64,000 nucleotides of DNA from the human T2T-CHM13v2.0 reference genome, Homo sapiens. The position numbers and the translations under genes were made by a program. Under the pieces are notes generated by a model. That model was not told where the DNA came from. It made no database searches and saw nothing but the letters and a program-made list of their open reading frames with translations. Of this stretch, positions 42,733-58,366 are shown in pieces (the first letter of the stretch is position 1; the number at the start of each line of letters is the position of its first letter). The stretch lies in assembly GCF_009914755.1 (NCBI RefSeq), contig NC_060940.1; one strand, written 5' to 3'.

Positions 42733-44047
42733 TTAAGAGGAAAGAAGAGGCTCAGGCACCAGTCTATTAGTTTCCCTGGAACTCAGGGCTACTGGAGCCC
42801 CAGTAATTTGAGAATCAGTTCTCCAGAAAGGCATCGCTAGGCAAAGTTACTTTAGTGTTAAATAAATAGAATTTGCCTGTTCAAATCATCACCTGCAACT
42901 CCGCTCACTGTATGTATGTGTTTTTAACCAATCTCAAACATAACTAGGCAAATAAAGGAAGAACCATAGTTACAGCATTTAAGATGTATGACCAGAATTT
43001 GCAACCCAGGCATTTAAGGCAGCAGCAAGAGAGAATGGAGAATTTTAGTCAGGAACAGCAGCGGAGACTATCCCAAAAGGGGCTCTTTAGTGTGGGTGAG
43101 CACTAGCTTCAAGCACTAGCTGTGCTATATACCAGTCTGATGAATTACAGCAGACTAGTTATGTAGGCTGGCAAAAGTCTCCCCTAGGGGTTGGTTAATG
43201 AGAATCCTGTTGGGCTGCTGGGGCTACCAAATGGTGTTCACACAGACTTAAGAATAGAGGGTTGGAAATTGGTTCCAATTTTTAATAGCTAAATCTTACT
43301 TCAATGGGTTGTGATCAGCGGTGATCATATCCTCAAACCAATAAACCAAGAGGTTGTGATAGTTAACTGTGTTTCTGCATCTTCAGAACTCAATGGTGAT
43401 CTTTTTACCAATATCACTAAGGATGAAGCAGTGGTAGCCTTTCCAGTTCCCTAAAAAGACTGTAAGACAAAAAGATGAACTCACCCTAGCTCCACCCCTG
43501 ACTTACTGTGTGCCTTTAAGGAACTCACTTTGCTATTCTGAAACCTGAGTTTCTACCTCTGGAAAATGAGAAGGCTATGTTAATGAGTTATCTCAGCCCT
43601 TCCAACTCTAACATTCTATCAGTTTGCAACAATGTAAGCTGTGCTTTGTTGATAAGTGCAGTCAGGTTTCCTGTCCTTGGAACATCTACCAATGAGTTAT
43701 TCTGAGTTACATAACTAATGAGGTTTTCCAGATTACATTGAAAGTTCAAATATCCATTGTCAGCACTCAGTCATGACACCAAAAACTGGGAGGCTACTGA
43801 GACTTGAATCCTGTGCTAGAAGCTACTCCAAAAGAACCAGGTTGAAGGGTGTCCCAGAGATGGACCTGGAGTTCTCCAGGAACTGACTCCATTTATAACT
43901 GAGCCAACTGCCTAAAAATGCCTGGCTCTTGCCAAAGATATAAGAAACAATGGGCTTTTCCTTTACAAATGTTTCTTCAACTCAAAATATAGGACCCAAA
44001 AGTAACCACTCTGAATTGGGCTCTGAGCAATTGAAAGAAATAATATT

Positions 44048-44347
44048 CTTTTCTTTTTCTTTTTTTAAGTCAGGGTCTCACTCTGCCACCCAGACAGTGG
44101 CGGGATCACAGCTCACTCAACCTCCATCTCCCGGGATCAATCAATCCTCCTGCCTCAGCCTCCCAAGTAGCTGGGACTACAAGTACCCACCACCACGCCT
44201 GGCTAATTTTTTTTTTTTTTGTATTTTTAGTAGATATGGGGTTTCACCATGTTGCCCAGGGTGGTCTTGAACTCCTGGGCTCAAATGATCTGCGCACTTC
44301 AGTCTCCCAAAATGCTGGGATTAGAGGTGTGAGCCATTGCACCCAGG
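44048..44347 (-). mobile_element. Alu (AluJ-type)
   Basis: cagggtctcactctg, atcacagctcact and ctcctgggctcaaatgatc are AluJ diagnostics. Confidence 0.93.
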
Positions 44348-44687
44348 ATTCTATTTTTTGTTTTGTTTTAAAGAAAACTTTCTGATTATAAAGGGACACT
44401 GAAAAAAACCCTCAAATATGGTATTCCCAATTATTTTCTAGATGTGCAGAGTCTTCAGCAGTGCATTGGAGATAACGCAGAAATAACTAGAAAAGACTTG
44501 TACAACTATCGATCTTTCTGTGAAATGGAAGGGAAAGTAGGTATTTGATAAGAGCCTTATACTGAAAGGGAGATTTTGCATCTTAGTGCCTTTTCTAAGT
44601 TACCTTTGGTTAAGTCAATGTCCCTATCTGGCCTGCAAATCCCAGATGTGAAAAAAAAAAAAATTGAAATTCAATTCAATGTGTCTT

Positions 44688-44991
44688 TTTTTTTTTTTTT
44701 TTGACAAAGTCTCACTTCATCACCCAGGCTAGAGTGCAGTGGCACAATCTGGCTCACTGCAATCTCCATCTCCTGGGTTCAAGCGATTCATTTGCCTGCC
44801 TCAGCCTCTCAAGTAGCTGGGATTACAGGGGTGCACCACCACGCCCAGCTAAACTTTTTTTTTGTATTTTTAGTAGAGATGGGGTTTCATCATGTTGGCC
44901 AGGCTGGTCTCGAACTCTTGACCTCAAGTAATCTGCCTGCTTTGGCCTCCCAAAGTCCTGTGATTACAGGCGTTAGCCACTGCAACCTGCC
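44688..44991 (-). mobile_element. Alu (AluS-type)
   Basis: Poly-T tail; TSD caatgtgtctt at 44677-44687 and 44992-45002. Confidence 0.96.
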
Positions 44992-45019
44992 CAATGTGTC
45001 TTAACAACCTTATTTCCTT

Positions 45020-45580
45020 TATGTATCTTAGATTATTTAGGGCTCTTTTGACGATGAGTGACAGAAATCCCAACCCAAAATGCTTTAAGAGAAACATAAA
45101 TCATAAACTCTTCAGTGAACTGAGGAGTCCAGGCATAGATCTAGGGAATGTAGATTCAGGCATAGGTGATCCTGGGATCAAAGATGATGTCATCAGAGGC
45201 CAGGGACTTACACCCATCTGTTAGTCTTTCCTTGGGGTGTATAGTTTTCTGTTCTAAATCCCATAGGATGGGCAGATAAGCACACAAGGTTCTGAGCTTT
45301 CATCTATGAAAAAAAGGTTTCTCACTCTCAACAGTTGGAAACATACTCTGCAGGCATGAATCTCATTGTCCTGAATTGGGTCATGTGGTCAGTCTCATCC
45401 AATCACTGGGTATAGATAAATGGAAATCACCTTAGGCCAATCAGTGTCCTCCCCTGGAGGAGTGGTGAACTCCCTTCAAACCAATGGGCTGAGTGTGGGG
45501 AATGACTATTTCCCAAAGAAATTTCTGGGCACTTTTTTTTATCAGAAGAAAAGTGAATCGTAGTCAGAAGAAACAACAAA
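45020..45580 (-). mobile_element. MLT1 (K/L-like) LTR
   Basis: gagtgacagaaatcccaacccaaa...aattgggtcatgtg...ccaatcactg...ttaggccaatcag. Confidence 0.6.
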
Positions 45581-45949
45581 GGTTTAACCACTGAAATTCC
45601 TGGGAATCTGAAGAAAGTGTTCATCTTCCCAGGCAATAAACAAATGTACTAACAAAAAAACAAAATCAAAAACAAAGGTTACATAAGTAATCAAAAAATT
45701 AAGAGACGCCATAAAACTTGCCCATGGATCCAGGTTACTTTTAGAAGATACTTCCTTTAGGAATTGTTCTCAAATCATGCTTGTCCTGCTGAGAACTCAC
45801 CTGGCTGGAAAAGGCAAATTCTCATGTTCTGCTTGAGCCAAGGCCAGGAAGGAGCCCCTCACATAAACCCATCTAACTGAGGTGCCCTCCAGTCTAGGTT
45901 TTCACATATTCCACAGGCATTTCCGCACTTTCTGGCATGCATAAAAATA

Positions 45950-46470
45950 GCTACAGCCCTTTTGGAAGACAATTTCACAATATGTATCAATAGCATTAAA
46001 CTACCAAAGCCCTTTAACTCAGAAATTCCACTTTGGGGAATGTAGCCTAAGAAAAATCACCAAACATACAGAACAGCTTTATGCATAAATATGTTAATTG
46101 TCCCGTTGGTATAATGAAAATGTGAATGTTCATCAATAGCCAATGGTTAGGTAAATTGTGGAGCACACATTTGTTGAGCTGTAATACAATCATCAAGCAC
46201 TCTGTTTTAAATAAAGAATGTGACCCAACACAGGGAATATTAGCATTTTAATGTTGAAAGACAAAATCCAGATATGAGGTTAGATAAACAATTTATGCAA
46301 TTTTGTATGCATATAGGATTGTGCAATCTAATGATTTATATAGAGGTATTAAAATATTTATTAAAAATTATGGAATTAAGCTGCTCTTGGGCTCCAGTAG
46401 TGAGTTCATGTTTCTTTTCCATCTCTATTTTTTGATTCTTTTGTAAGCATAATACACTTCATAATGAAAA
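45950..46470 (+). mobile_element. Ancient L1ME 3' fragment
   Basis: ctttttggaagacaatttcacaatatgtatcaa...cctttaactcagaaattccactttggggaatgtagcctaag. Confidence 0.65.
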
Positions 46471-46689
46471 AAGCCAACTCTCTTGAAATTAACAAATAAA
46501 CAATAAATAAATGAGATGGTTATAGTTGGTAAAATGTTCTCTCTCAAATAACATATGGGAAAGGGAACACAAATGGGACGAAATAAGGTAAAGAAAATCT
46601 TTCATTGAGTTTTTCTTCATTGAGTAAAGGCAAAGATCTATCATCCTTGACACTTTCCCAACATGTTTCCGTGTTTGCTTGAACAAACG

Positions 46690-46740
46690 TAACCTAACTC
46701 TAACCCTAACCCTAACCCAACCTAACCCTAACTCTAACTA
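46690..46740 (-). repeat. Degenerate interstitial telomere-like repeat (TTAGGG)n
   Basis: taacc taactc taaccc taaccc taaccc aacc taaccc taactc taacta. Confidence 0.8.
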
Positions 46741-47112
46741 TGTGTGAAATTAATGAATTAAGTGCTTGTGATACTAGCAAGTTACTGGGTTGAGGTAGCC
46801 ATTGGAGAATGAAATGAAATCAGGAGGATTTGAAAATTGTACCTCAATGGAAGAGCTTTGTTCTTCGAAATTCTTGATGTTGGCTTTCTGGAAGATGCTG
46901 CCTTTGCACACATTGCTCTGGGTTTAGAGGATTCAGAATATAAGGCTAAAAGGGGACTTGCAGGACATGTTTTCCAGCAAGTTTTATCCATCCACTGTGA
47001 GTTCATCACACACACTTTACTATAGACAACACCTAACTTAGCAAATTGAAGAGTATTCAGGGTGACCCTTAGGTACTCAGAAACTTAAATAGTATCACTG
47101 GAATTTCTTTTT

Positions 47113-47200
47113 AGGGTGACCAACCATCCCTATTTGCTGGGACTGAGGGGTTTGCCAGGACATAGGATTTTCAGTGCTGGAACTGGGACTGTTGGTTGGT
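47113..47200 (+). mobile_element. MER94-like (hAT-Blackjack) fragment
   Basis: agggtgaccaaccatccctatttgctgggactgagggg...ttttcagtgct..aactgggac. Confidence 0.7.
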
Positions 47201-47516
47201 CTTCCAACCTGTCAAATCCATCATCTGGTGCTTCACACTTTACATATGTAGCATGTTCCTATCCATCCACACCTCCCCATCGGCCCCATCACCATCTTAG
47301 TCCTTCGCCACAATGCTAGTTTTGGAAAGCATGTCTGATTATGTCTATTCTCTGATTCAAATCCTTGAAAAACTTACTACTTGTAGAAAAGAGACACATC
47401 AATTACATGGCACTGTGTGGCCATTCCCCTGCCTGCCCTAGGTCTCCTCTCTCACCATCCTTCTCTTAGTCATTCCCCACACCCCCTTGGCTTCCTTTTG
47501 TCCTTCGTATTTACCC

Positions 47517-47927
47517 TGTGATCATTCATTTTATGTGTCAACTTGGCTAAGCCATGGTACTTAGATAATTGGTTAAATACCAATCTTGATGTTGCTGCAA
47601 AAGTATTTTTAGATGAGATTAACATTTAAATAAATTGACCTTTGAATAAAGCAGATTACCCTAATGTGGTTGGATCTTATCCAAACAGTTGAAGGCTTTT
47701 ATAAATAAGAGACCTGAGTCCTCTAAAGAAGAGGGAATTCTGCCTCCAGACTGCCTTTGGACTCAAACTACAACATCAACTCTTTCCCGTGTCTCCAGCC
47801 TGCCAGGCTACCTTGCAGATTTTTGGACTTGACATCTCATACAATTGTATGAGCCAATTCCTTAAAGTAAAAATCTATCTCACACATCATATTGGTTCTG
47901 CTTCTTTGAGGAATTCTAATTAATACT
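47517..47927 (+). mobile_element. MLT2 (D-like) solo LTR (ERVL), inserted in an L2
   Basis: tgtgat...ttttatgtgtcaacttggct...aagcagattaccct...tgagccaattcctt...attggttctg; near TSD taccc/tgccc. Confidence 0.88.
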
Positions 47928-49594
47928 TGCCCATATCCCAGAAAGTGGTTTTCCTATTATGGTAGTTATTCCTGACCTCCCTGACCAACTAAAATCTTCA
48001 TGCTATACTCTGTCAAAATACCTTTATAACCCAGGCATAGAAATAGTACATACATTTATACAATTGTTGACAGGTGTCTGTTTCTCTGCTAGAAGAAGAT
48101 GTTTTTGATTTACTATAGTAGGTGCTTATTAAATATTTACCAAATGAATAAATGCACTCTGAATGAGCTACAATGTGTATCTTGGGTCAATAGACACTGA
48201 AAAACACTGATTTATTCCACCCCCTTTATTTTATGGATGGGAAACTGAGGCCCATAAACTCAAGCATGTGCTGGGACCACATCAATTGGTTTTGCAATTA
48301 TATCCAATTATTACTTTTGTGTTTAGAATTATTTTTGAAGAATACACAGTACCTTAAATAATCAGTAGTTGTCAATCTTAACTGCCAAACAATGTGAAAA
48401 ATATAATTATCCAAACTCATGCAGAACCACTGTCATATCTTCATTCTCTCTGCCAGCGGAAAAATATTAGAGTGTGATCTACAAAGGGAAAGAGAAAAGG
48501 AGACTGATTTGTAACTTTTTCCTAACCTAAATCCTTAGAATACATATGAGTTTAAAAATCTGTGCGACTGTCCCTTTGCTTGCGTTTGAGAAATGAGTCC
48601 AGAAGTCCATTGACCACTTACCCATGATATATACTATTCATGTAGGCATTAAAACAATAATTACAGGGTATCTACTATATGGCAGGCACTTTACTAGGTA
48701 CCACGAGGGAAAGGGCAGAAATGAATTAGGTGAGTACCGCCTTCAAATTGCTTATAATCTCTTAAAAATGATAATATGTTCCCAAGGCAACATAGAGTAG
48801 CACATTACAATTAAGCTTCCAACTTTTGTATAGAAGAGAAAATTCACTTCCTGCAGGATGTTTTGAAAAGGCATGATGCAGGATGAGGTTTTGGAATGAG
48901 GCTTTGAAGGATGAGAGGGATTTTGAAATGTAGACCTACAGAAAAGATCATTTAAGGTTGAAATACCAAGCAAAACAGCAAACACAAAAGCCTGAAGGCT
49001 AGAAAAAAACACTAGATCTGATTCGATTTTGTTTTGTCGCCTAGAGTATAGGTGAATTTTTATCTTTACTAATTTGTTCATATTTTCCATTCATCATTTA
49101 CCTATTCATTCATTCAAAAAAATGTCTATTGAGTGCTCCCTCTGTGACAGTCCCCAATTTAGGTCCTAGTTACAGACAGAGGAAATCACAATTATTTTGG
49201 TCCCACTTTTGGGAGGTTTTCAGTCTAGTGCATGAGATGGACTTCAGTCAGAAACTTACTCTCTCGGTTATATGATTGCAGGCTGAGGAAAGGGCTGTGA
49301 AGTAAGGAAGCAAGTATCATGAGGACAGATAACAGAGGGTCCTGACTTGGTGGCCTCCATAGGGAAAGAGACCTTGAGATGAGAGCTAGGAGAATGAGAA
49401 CTTAATTGAATGTGGAAGGGTGGGTTGACGTGGGGACTGAAGATCCAAGCAGAAGGAATGGGCTATGCAAAGGCCCTGTGGAGAGAGGAGCAGATAAACA
49501 GCCATTGCCTACCTTATTTATCTTAGGAATTTAATTTTTCTTTAGTCCTGTCTGTAGCTTTAGGGCTGCCAAAACTGGGAGTTTTTCCTCATAG

Positions 49595-49780
49595 CAGTAG
49601 GTTCCAACTGGCTGCAAAATAAAATTACAATAAGGGGTGTGTGTGTCCTCCTTCAAGCTACCAACCTGTGACCCTTCTCTCAAAATTCTGTTTTAAATGT
49701 TCTGAAGTGTGGCCTGAGCATTGGTATTTTTTAAAGCTCCCCACGGTTTTCTAATATGTATGTGGATTTGAAATCACTAT
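49595..49780. mobile_element. MER5B-like DNA transposon
   Basis: ggcctgagcattggtattttttaaagctcccc...ttctaatatgt...tttgaaatcact. Confidence 0.6.
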
Positions 49781-51179
49781 CAATCACCAAGCTACTAAGT
49801 GATCAGTTCACCCAAATCATGAATCAACTGCTAATCGGTTGAAAGTGGTTAACCCAGTTCTTGAATACAGTTTAGCGACTCAGAGGTGGGGAGAGAGAAC
49901 TTGAAAATGCAGAGGCTGCCAACATCTCAGACTTGTTAAAACTTACCCGTTGCATCCAGTTTTGTACTTCTTGGCTATGTGCTCACCAAATGGACTTGAC
50001 TATATTCTAAATTAAATCTCTAGAAGCTGGCCATCAATAAATAAGCATGATGCTTGACCTCTCTGGCTTTCCTAGGAAGAGAGAGTTACTTTCTTTTGTT
50101 TCCTGCAGGGCTTTGGGGTATCTGTCTTGGCACTTCTGCCTTTTAATTGCTCTGTTTCTTCCCCCATCCCACAAGGGACTCTTGACCCTTTAGTAATTAG
50201 AACCCTTCTTGGTCTTCCTTGTATACATTTCTAGAGCCCAGCACTAATGTCTGCATTTAGTAGGTGCTCATAAACTGTTGGAGAGGCATGCATTTCACAG
50301 AAGTCTGGTACATGCTATTTCGAACACCTGTACATCAGGGACACAATGCGTATTCCAAGTGAGCCATGGCTCACTGGGAGGTGCAGAGTTAGACAAAGAC
50401 AGATCTGGGTGTATACTCTGACTCTACCCCTTACAAGCTGGGAGACTTTATGGTTACTTATCTACTTGGAACCTCAGTCTCCTCATCTGTTAAACAGATT
50501 TTAGGAGTAACTGGGAGATTTAAAAAGGCAAAGTATGTAAAACACTCTGTACTGGACTGGAAGTTAGTAGGTCTATAGCAAAATGGGTAGGTTGAATAGA
50601 TAATAAAAAGAGGTGACCATTCCTAAATTCAGGAGGTGTCACATTGGTCTAAGTTGAGAATTTTCCAGATTCTAGCCTTACTCTCCCTCCAAGAAAATTT
50701 AGTCTCCAGCTGCATGTTCAGGAACACTCCTCCATACATTCTGTACTTCTGTTTATTCATCTATCTCCCCTCCTACCCAAGTCTTAACACAGGGACAGGC
50801 CTATTATAAATACTCAGTAACCATTTGGTGAACTAATATGTTTGCTTCATCTGTAAAGTGGTGGCAATACTACCTGCCTGATTGATGGAAAAGAGCTGTG
50901 TCCAGTGCCCACTTGAAAGCCTTCCAGCCCTGGGAGGATAGTGAGTGGGGGGTCACCCAACCTCCCTGAATGACAGTTTCCCATATGTGCAATGTGGACC
51001 ATCTCTGTGGACTCTCCCTCCAGCTGCTGCACTATAGTTATTCAAGAGCTGTTCTTTCTATACCTGGTACTCTGGATCAGGCCCATGAAAAGGGGATGAA
51101 AGATAAATTATTTCTGGCTCCATCTACTGGGCCAGGGCTTCTTTTATGAAATTAATTTGAGCTCATCAGTCTGTTTATT

Positions 51180-52677
<1,498 letters not shown>

Positions 52678-52769
52678 AGAGTGGTGTTTTATTTTTCATG
52701 ATCCTAGATGTGGAGAATGAATTGACAGGTAGCCAACCAGAGCAAACTACAAAGCCTTGAGATATAATG

Positions 52770-53010
52770 CCTCGTTACGGGCTTGTAGAGTCCCACAGAC
52801 CTGGGTTCATATCCTGCCTCTGCTATTTCTTAGCTCTGTGTCTTTACAAATTAATGACATTCTTTGGTCCATAATTTCCTTATGTGTAAAATGAGGACTA
52901 TTAACACCTGCCTTCTCAGCTTAGTTTGGAGATTCAAAGAGGCAAGCACTTAAAGCACCCTGGGAGCTGTCTGGCACATGGCAAGCACATAATACATGTT
53001 AATAATAATG
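52770..53010 (+). mobile_element. MIR
   Basis: cagacctgggttcatatcctgcctctgc...tgtaaaatgagga...ctggcacatggcaagcac. Confidence 0.75.
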
Positions 53011-53980
53011 ATAATGATAATAGTAATCCAAAATAAAATGTAATCAATTTGACATACCACAAGTTCAATAGAAGCAAATACCTGATTTTTGTTTTGGCTG
53101 CCAAAAAATTACAGTGGGAGTTTGGACAAGGTATTAGACTTCCTCTTGCCTCTGTTTCCCTTCATAATACATGACAGGAGTAGATTTGATGAATTATCTA
53201 TGAGCATTTTTAGTTCTGATAACCTGTGGTCCCTGGAACACAACTGAAGGCTGCATATACACCACTCTTCATCTAGATGACTGTCCTGTGAGGTTCCACA
53301 TAAAAATACAGTTTCATTGTCTCTTATTAAGTATCCAGAGGGTTTGGATTAAATAAAAAATGACCCTTCTAAATTTTTTTTGAAAGCTTTCACACTAACA
53401 ACTCTTCCCTCAGTTCGGCAGCATGCATATATGTGGGCGACCCCATCAGAGAATCCATTACATAGCACCATCAAGGATCTGAATAACCCCCTTAAAAGAA
53501 GGGGAGTTCTTGTTTCCTGTTTTCTCAGCCCCTGTCACATAGCATAACCCATGCTGAGTTATGTGCACATATTTACTATGCACATATTTATTAGCCAAAT
53601 CAATAAAATAATGACTGAATGAGTCAATGGATGAATGAACACACCCATCTAATTGCTCCTAAGGTTTGCAATAGGCTCAGAGAGGATGTAAGTAAAAAAT
53701 TTCCAGACACCTTAACACCTCAGAGGCAAGAGGAATTTCACGTTCATTCTCTTACGGTGCTGGGAAGCTCTCCACAATATACTAACAATACATGTCCATG
53801 TCAAGGGAAAGAGAACCCAGGGCCTCCCCAGACAATGTGTTTCATGTTTGGGCAATTGTAACTGTGTTAGAGTCTTTCCTTCTATTATTAAGCCTGAGTC
53901 TGTCTCATGCTACAATTAGAAGAAGTGCCAGGCACAGATATGTTTCATCTAGGGAGGTTAATTGGCCATACAGACAAAAC

Positions 53981-53982
<2 letters not shown>

Positions 53983-54022
<40 letters not shown>
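53983..54022. repeat. (GT)20 microsatellite
   Basis: Perfect dinucleotide run. Confidence 0.97.
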
Positions 54023-54024
<2 letters not shown>

Positions 54025-54952
54025 GCGGCAATGTCATCTGATGGAGTCAGCAAAGTCCAAGGGATTGTCTTGTCTTTGGCCTTGTGATGACATCCACAGC
54101 TGGCCATACCTAGGAAATTAATTTATATCAACCAAGTTTACAGGATACCAATGTATAAACTTGATCATAATTTAGTCATTTGAACTGTAGAAACTTCTTT
54201 CTCCATGACCAATATGTACCTATTCTAGGCATGTGGAAAATCAACCGGAACTTCAGCTGGTGGCTTAATGAGATAATTTTGAGACCTGTTTCTCCTAGAC
54301 TGTAAGAGGTAGATGAAATCCTCCACCACATCAGAGGACACCTCTCAGAGTATGGAATATAGTACATCCTCCAGGTCAGTGGCACTTCCACAGAAGAGAC
54401 CCATTACATAAACTGCCATTAGTTTCCTTTTTCTGCTCGGGACCACGTTCTGTCTGTTGCAGGATATGGGAACTTTGTATATTCAGTGCAATATGGAATA
54501 AACAAGGTCCATGTTTCCCACCTTTTCTCACTGTATGACTGAGTTAAGTATCTGTTTCCAGTGATGGATCACCCTGTGGCTTGTGTTTAGATTTTAGATA
54601 GGTAAACACAGTTAGGTCATTCTCAGATACCCTGTTCATCCTGATAAACTCATACCTTCCCACATTCCTGCAGGCTCTCATTTTCTGACTTTCTCTTGGG
54701 TTGGGCATGTTTACATGTCACATGGATGACATCGCTCATTATTTGAGGATTTTATCGAGGTTTCTGTCAAAAAGAGGAGCAGAACCCATACAAGGGTTGA
54801 TAATACTACTGGTCCCCTTCTCCACATTGACTTCATCTGCCATATAGATATTTCTTGGGCTCCACTGGAAGTAGGGATGTCCACATAACACAGTTCTGGA
54901 TGATGAGTTGTGGGAAATGCTTCGCCCTTCCTCTCCCACAGTTTCATCTTCC

Positions 54953-56216
54953 GCTCAGTTCTAGAACTCTCAGCTGTGTCCATTTGGCTGAAGAGAAGGC
55001 ATAGAACTTGAGTAAAGGAGGAGGGGGAATGCTCCAGAAATGCAGTAGCCAGGCCCTTCATTCCTGGAGCTGCCCAGGGTGCACAGCCACCTGGGTTCCT
55101 GGCTCAGCTGCCCCACTAAACTCTGTAGATTGTGCAGTATTATAGCCAAAAATAATTTAAGTCTACAGGATTTTGATGCAAGATGTCACCTGGAGCTTTC
55201 CAGGATTGTTCCTCCTGCCTTTGGGATTCTCCTTGCCTCTCCAAGGGAACTCAGCCTCAGTATCTTGAACATCTGAGCTTCTGTCTCTCCAGCTGCTGGA
55301 GTTGCAGGCTGGTGTGATCTGACCCCATCCTTTAAGAGAATAACTCGTCAGGTGCTTCTGTTGCTTGATTACTGGTAGAAGAGATGGATGCGCAAAATCA
55401 CAGATCAGGAAATGTGTGTTGATCTGTGAACTTGACCAAAGCAAGTGGAAAGACGCAGTAGATAATTTCATTCTAACAAGCATAGGCACAACAAACAGAA
55501 AAATGCCTTTGAATTCTGAAGGCATACAACTTTAGCTTACAAGTCAGTGCAGTTTAGACAGTAGTCTTCGAAGACAGGTCAATTTGAGTTTGAATCTTGA
55601 TTCTAACACTTCTTAGTTGTGAGACTGTGGGCTGTTTACTTAACTTCTCTAAGTCTCAGTTTCCCCATATGTTAAATGGAAATCATAGAATAATCTAATT
55701 CCTAATATTAAAATGAATTAAATAAAGCAATACGTGTAAAAGCACTTGGCAATGTGTCTGGAATCTAGAAACTGCATTATAAATGACAGCTATTGTTATG
55801 ATCATTGAGCTATTAATGATTGTGAAGTTGTGTTGTTTATTAAGATATTAACAGTTATTAAGCCTAATTTTTTATATAGTACAGAAAGTTGAAATTTTAT
55901 AACTCATATTTGATAATTAATGGTGGCAAGGCCCACAAGATTAGATGGGGAAAGTGGGTTGGTTCATCAATAGGTTATTAATACCAAGCGACAATGAGAA
56001 ACTTTTTCACCATTGTTTGCTTGTTGGGCAAGATGTCAGGAGCTGATTTTTTTTGCAGCTCAGTTCCAGAACTCTCAGCTGTGTTTGTTTGGCTAGAGAG
56101 AAGGCACAGGGCTTGGAAAATGAGGAGAGGGGTATGCTCCAGAAATGCAGTAGCCAGGCCCCTCATTCCTGGAGCTGCCCAGGGTCCACAGCCACCTGGG
56201 TTCCTGGCTGGGCTGC
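54953..56216 (+). repeat. Direct duplication of about 160 bp (54953-55111 and 56058-56216)
   Basis: Shared agaactctcagctgtgt and atgctccagaaatgcagtagccaggccc.tcattcctggagctgcccagggt.cacagccacctgggttcctggct. Confidence 0.93.
55540..55800 (+). mobile_element. MIR, near full length
   Basis: gagtttgaatcttgattctaacacttcttagttgtgagac...ttacttaacttctctaagtctcagtttcccc...gtaaaagcactt. Confidence 0.8.
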
Positions 56217-58366
56217 TTCCCTGACTGCCATGAGGGATCTTGCTTTCCTGTTCTCTGTCTTAGACAGATAGAGCTGGAATGATTCTTAGAGATTATTTAA
56301 TCACATTTCCCCAGAAGTGACACCCAGAGAAAAGATAGGATAAGCAGAAGTTATGCACACAATTACTCAAATTATTATTTTCTATGTTTTATTCCCTGGT
56401 TATTTTTTCTGCTGTCCACTAAATGCCTGACTACTGATGTGACCAATGCCTGCTATAAAATATGAAAATAGCTATTCAAAAGTAGGAGATGATTAATCCT
56501 GAGCCCCAATTTCCCGATGGAAGAACCAGAACAGTGTATGAGACTGGGTGTCTACCCTAACAATAACTCATACATACACTGGGACAAGAGATCCTGGTAT
56601 TCTCCATGTGTCATCCAACTTTCCTGTGCCCTCATTTTCTCACTGGAGAAATGGGTGTATGCTTCCAGCTGCTTTCCAAGATAACTTGTTGCTTACAGAA
56701 TCTGATTCTAGTTTTTTAGGGAGTTCTTTAAAAAGAAAAAAAAAACAAAAACAGCTGTGCCTAGTGCCTAGTGTGATTTCAAAGGGCATCCATGCTGATG
56801 GAAAGGGTGGACATCTGGCTTTAACTGCCTAGTCCTCATGACCACACCCACTTGGGTGGATCTGGGCTCAGTCCGGATGGGAAGAGGTGTGTCTGAGGCC
56901 TGGTTCTATCCCTTTTTTTTCTGGGAAAAAAATTAGCTCTTATTTTTGGCCTTCCTTGGGCAAGTGTAGAAAAAACTCAGAGGGTGGTGAAAAGCCCAAG
57001 TGTGTTTTGTCCCTGGTTTCTGAGGCAGTGCATGCACACATTCTTTTTTCAGTACTCGTGTTTCTCTCAAATTGTTCACTGCCTGACTCTGTTTCCTTCG
57101 TTCTCTAGCTCATCCTGAGATCTTCTTGTTTCCTTTCAACAACGTGGCAAGTGATGTTGTAATTTCTTTATGGAGCATGGAAGACTCACAGAGATCAGTA
57201 CCCCAAACACTACATTTTACAGAGGAAACAACCAAGTTATGGAGACCTGGCTTGTCTTCAAACTCATAGTAGAAGAGGCAAAATCTGGTCTCTGGGAGTC
57301 CTACCTAAAATGATTTCTTCCATGCCCCAGTGAAAATAAGTAAATTCTGGATATCACTGTCATATTAAACCAGGCTTCCTGGAAATTGACTTAGTGTAAC
57401 AGAAAAAGAGCAACCTGTGGATTTGCAACTGTGCCATGATTGGAGTTGAAGCCTTCATCAAATTAATCAAGTTCTTTGCCCAGTGTCTCTGTCTGGACAT
57501 TATTTAAAGCTTGAGTGAGAAGTCAATATGATTATGTGGGCCATATATCTGACTTTTATCCAGTGGGGAGAGTCCATGAAGGACTTGAAAGGGAATTGGT
57601 AGCTGATTATTCTGGCTAGAGTGGAGAGTGCATTAGAGAAGGTGAGGAGAGGCCAGAGAGACATCGTGCTAACCCATATGAGACGTGATGGTCCAAACCA
57701 GGGCCGTTTTCTTGGACATGGAGATCTCAGCCTCTGGGTGGGAACAGAGGAAGAAGCATTTTGTGGGTTGATGAGTTCCTTTAGGGCTGATCTCAGTGAA
57801 CTTCTCCAAAATTCTATTTGACCCTTGAATTAAAATCTTGGTATGATCTTTGATCCTCCCTGTAATGTATCCCCAATGCCCATTAATTTCATTGCTAAGC
57901 ATATCAGTTCTGCCTCTACAAAGTTAGTAATATCTTATTATCTATTGTGTTAGCCACTGTTTGAGAAGATAAAGTCGAATAAACAAGATATCACGATGGA
58001 TTCGAGTTGAAGGATGTCAGGTTTCAGCAATAAAATAATTCTGCCTTATAAATCTGGTGCTTTGGTGGAGAGAACACTGGAGGAAAATACTGAGTTTGGT
58101 GAATGGACTTTGATCTTGGTTTTAGCCATGTTCAGATGTTCAAGGGAAGATTCCAAGGAGAGAGTTAGATAATCTGGTTAGAACCACGTACTTTTAGCAT
58201 GACCTTGAGTAAATTGCTTATTCTTTCACAAACTCAGTTTCTTCATCTAGAAAATATGTAAACCTATAATACCTCTCAAGACTACTGTTGGATTTAAATG
58301 ATATCTCTATAAAAGCATTTAGTATCATAACTAGTATCCTGTAAGTGCTCAATCATTGGTAGCTAC

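Noticed and set aside
54711-55061. 116-aa ORF with a 'paralog' at 55978-56166
   Set aside because: Similarity is confined to the 160-bp DNA duplicate; no known domain.
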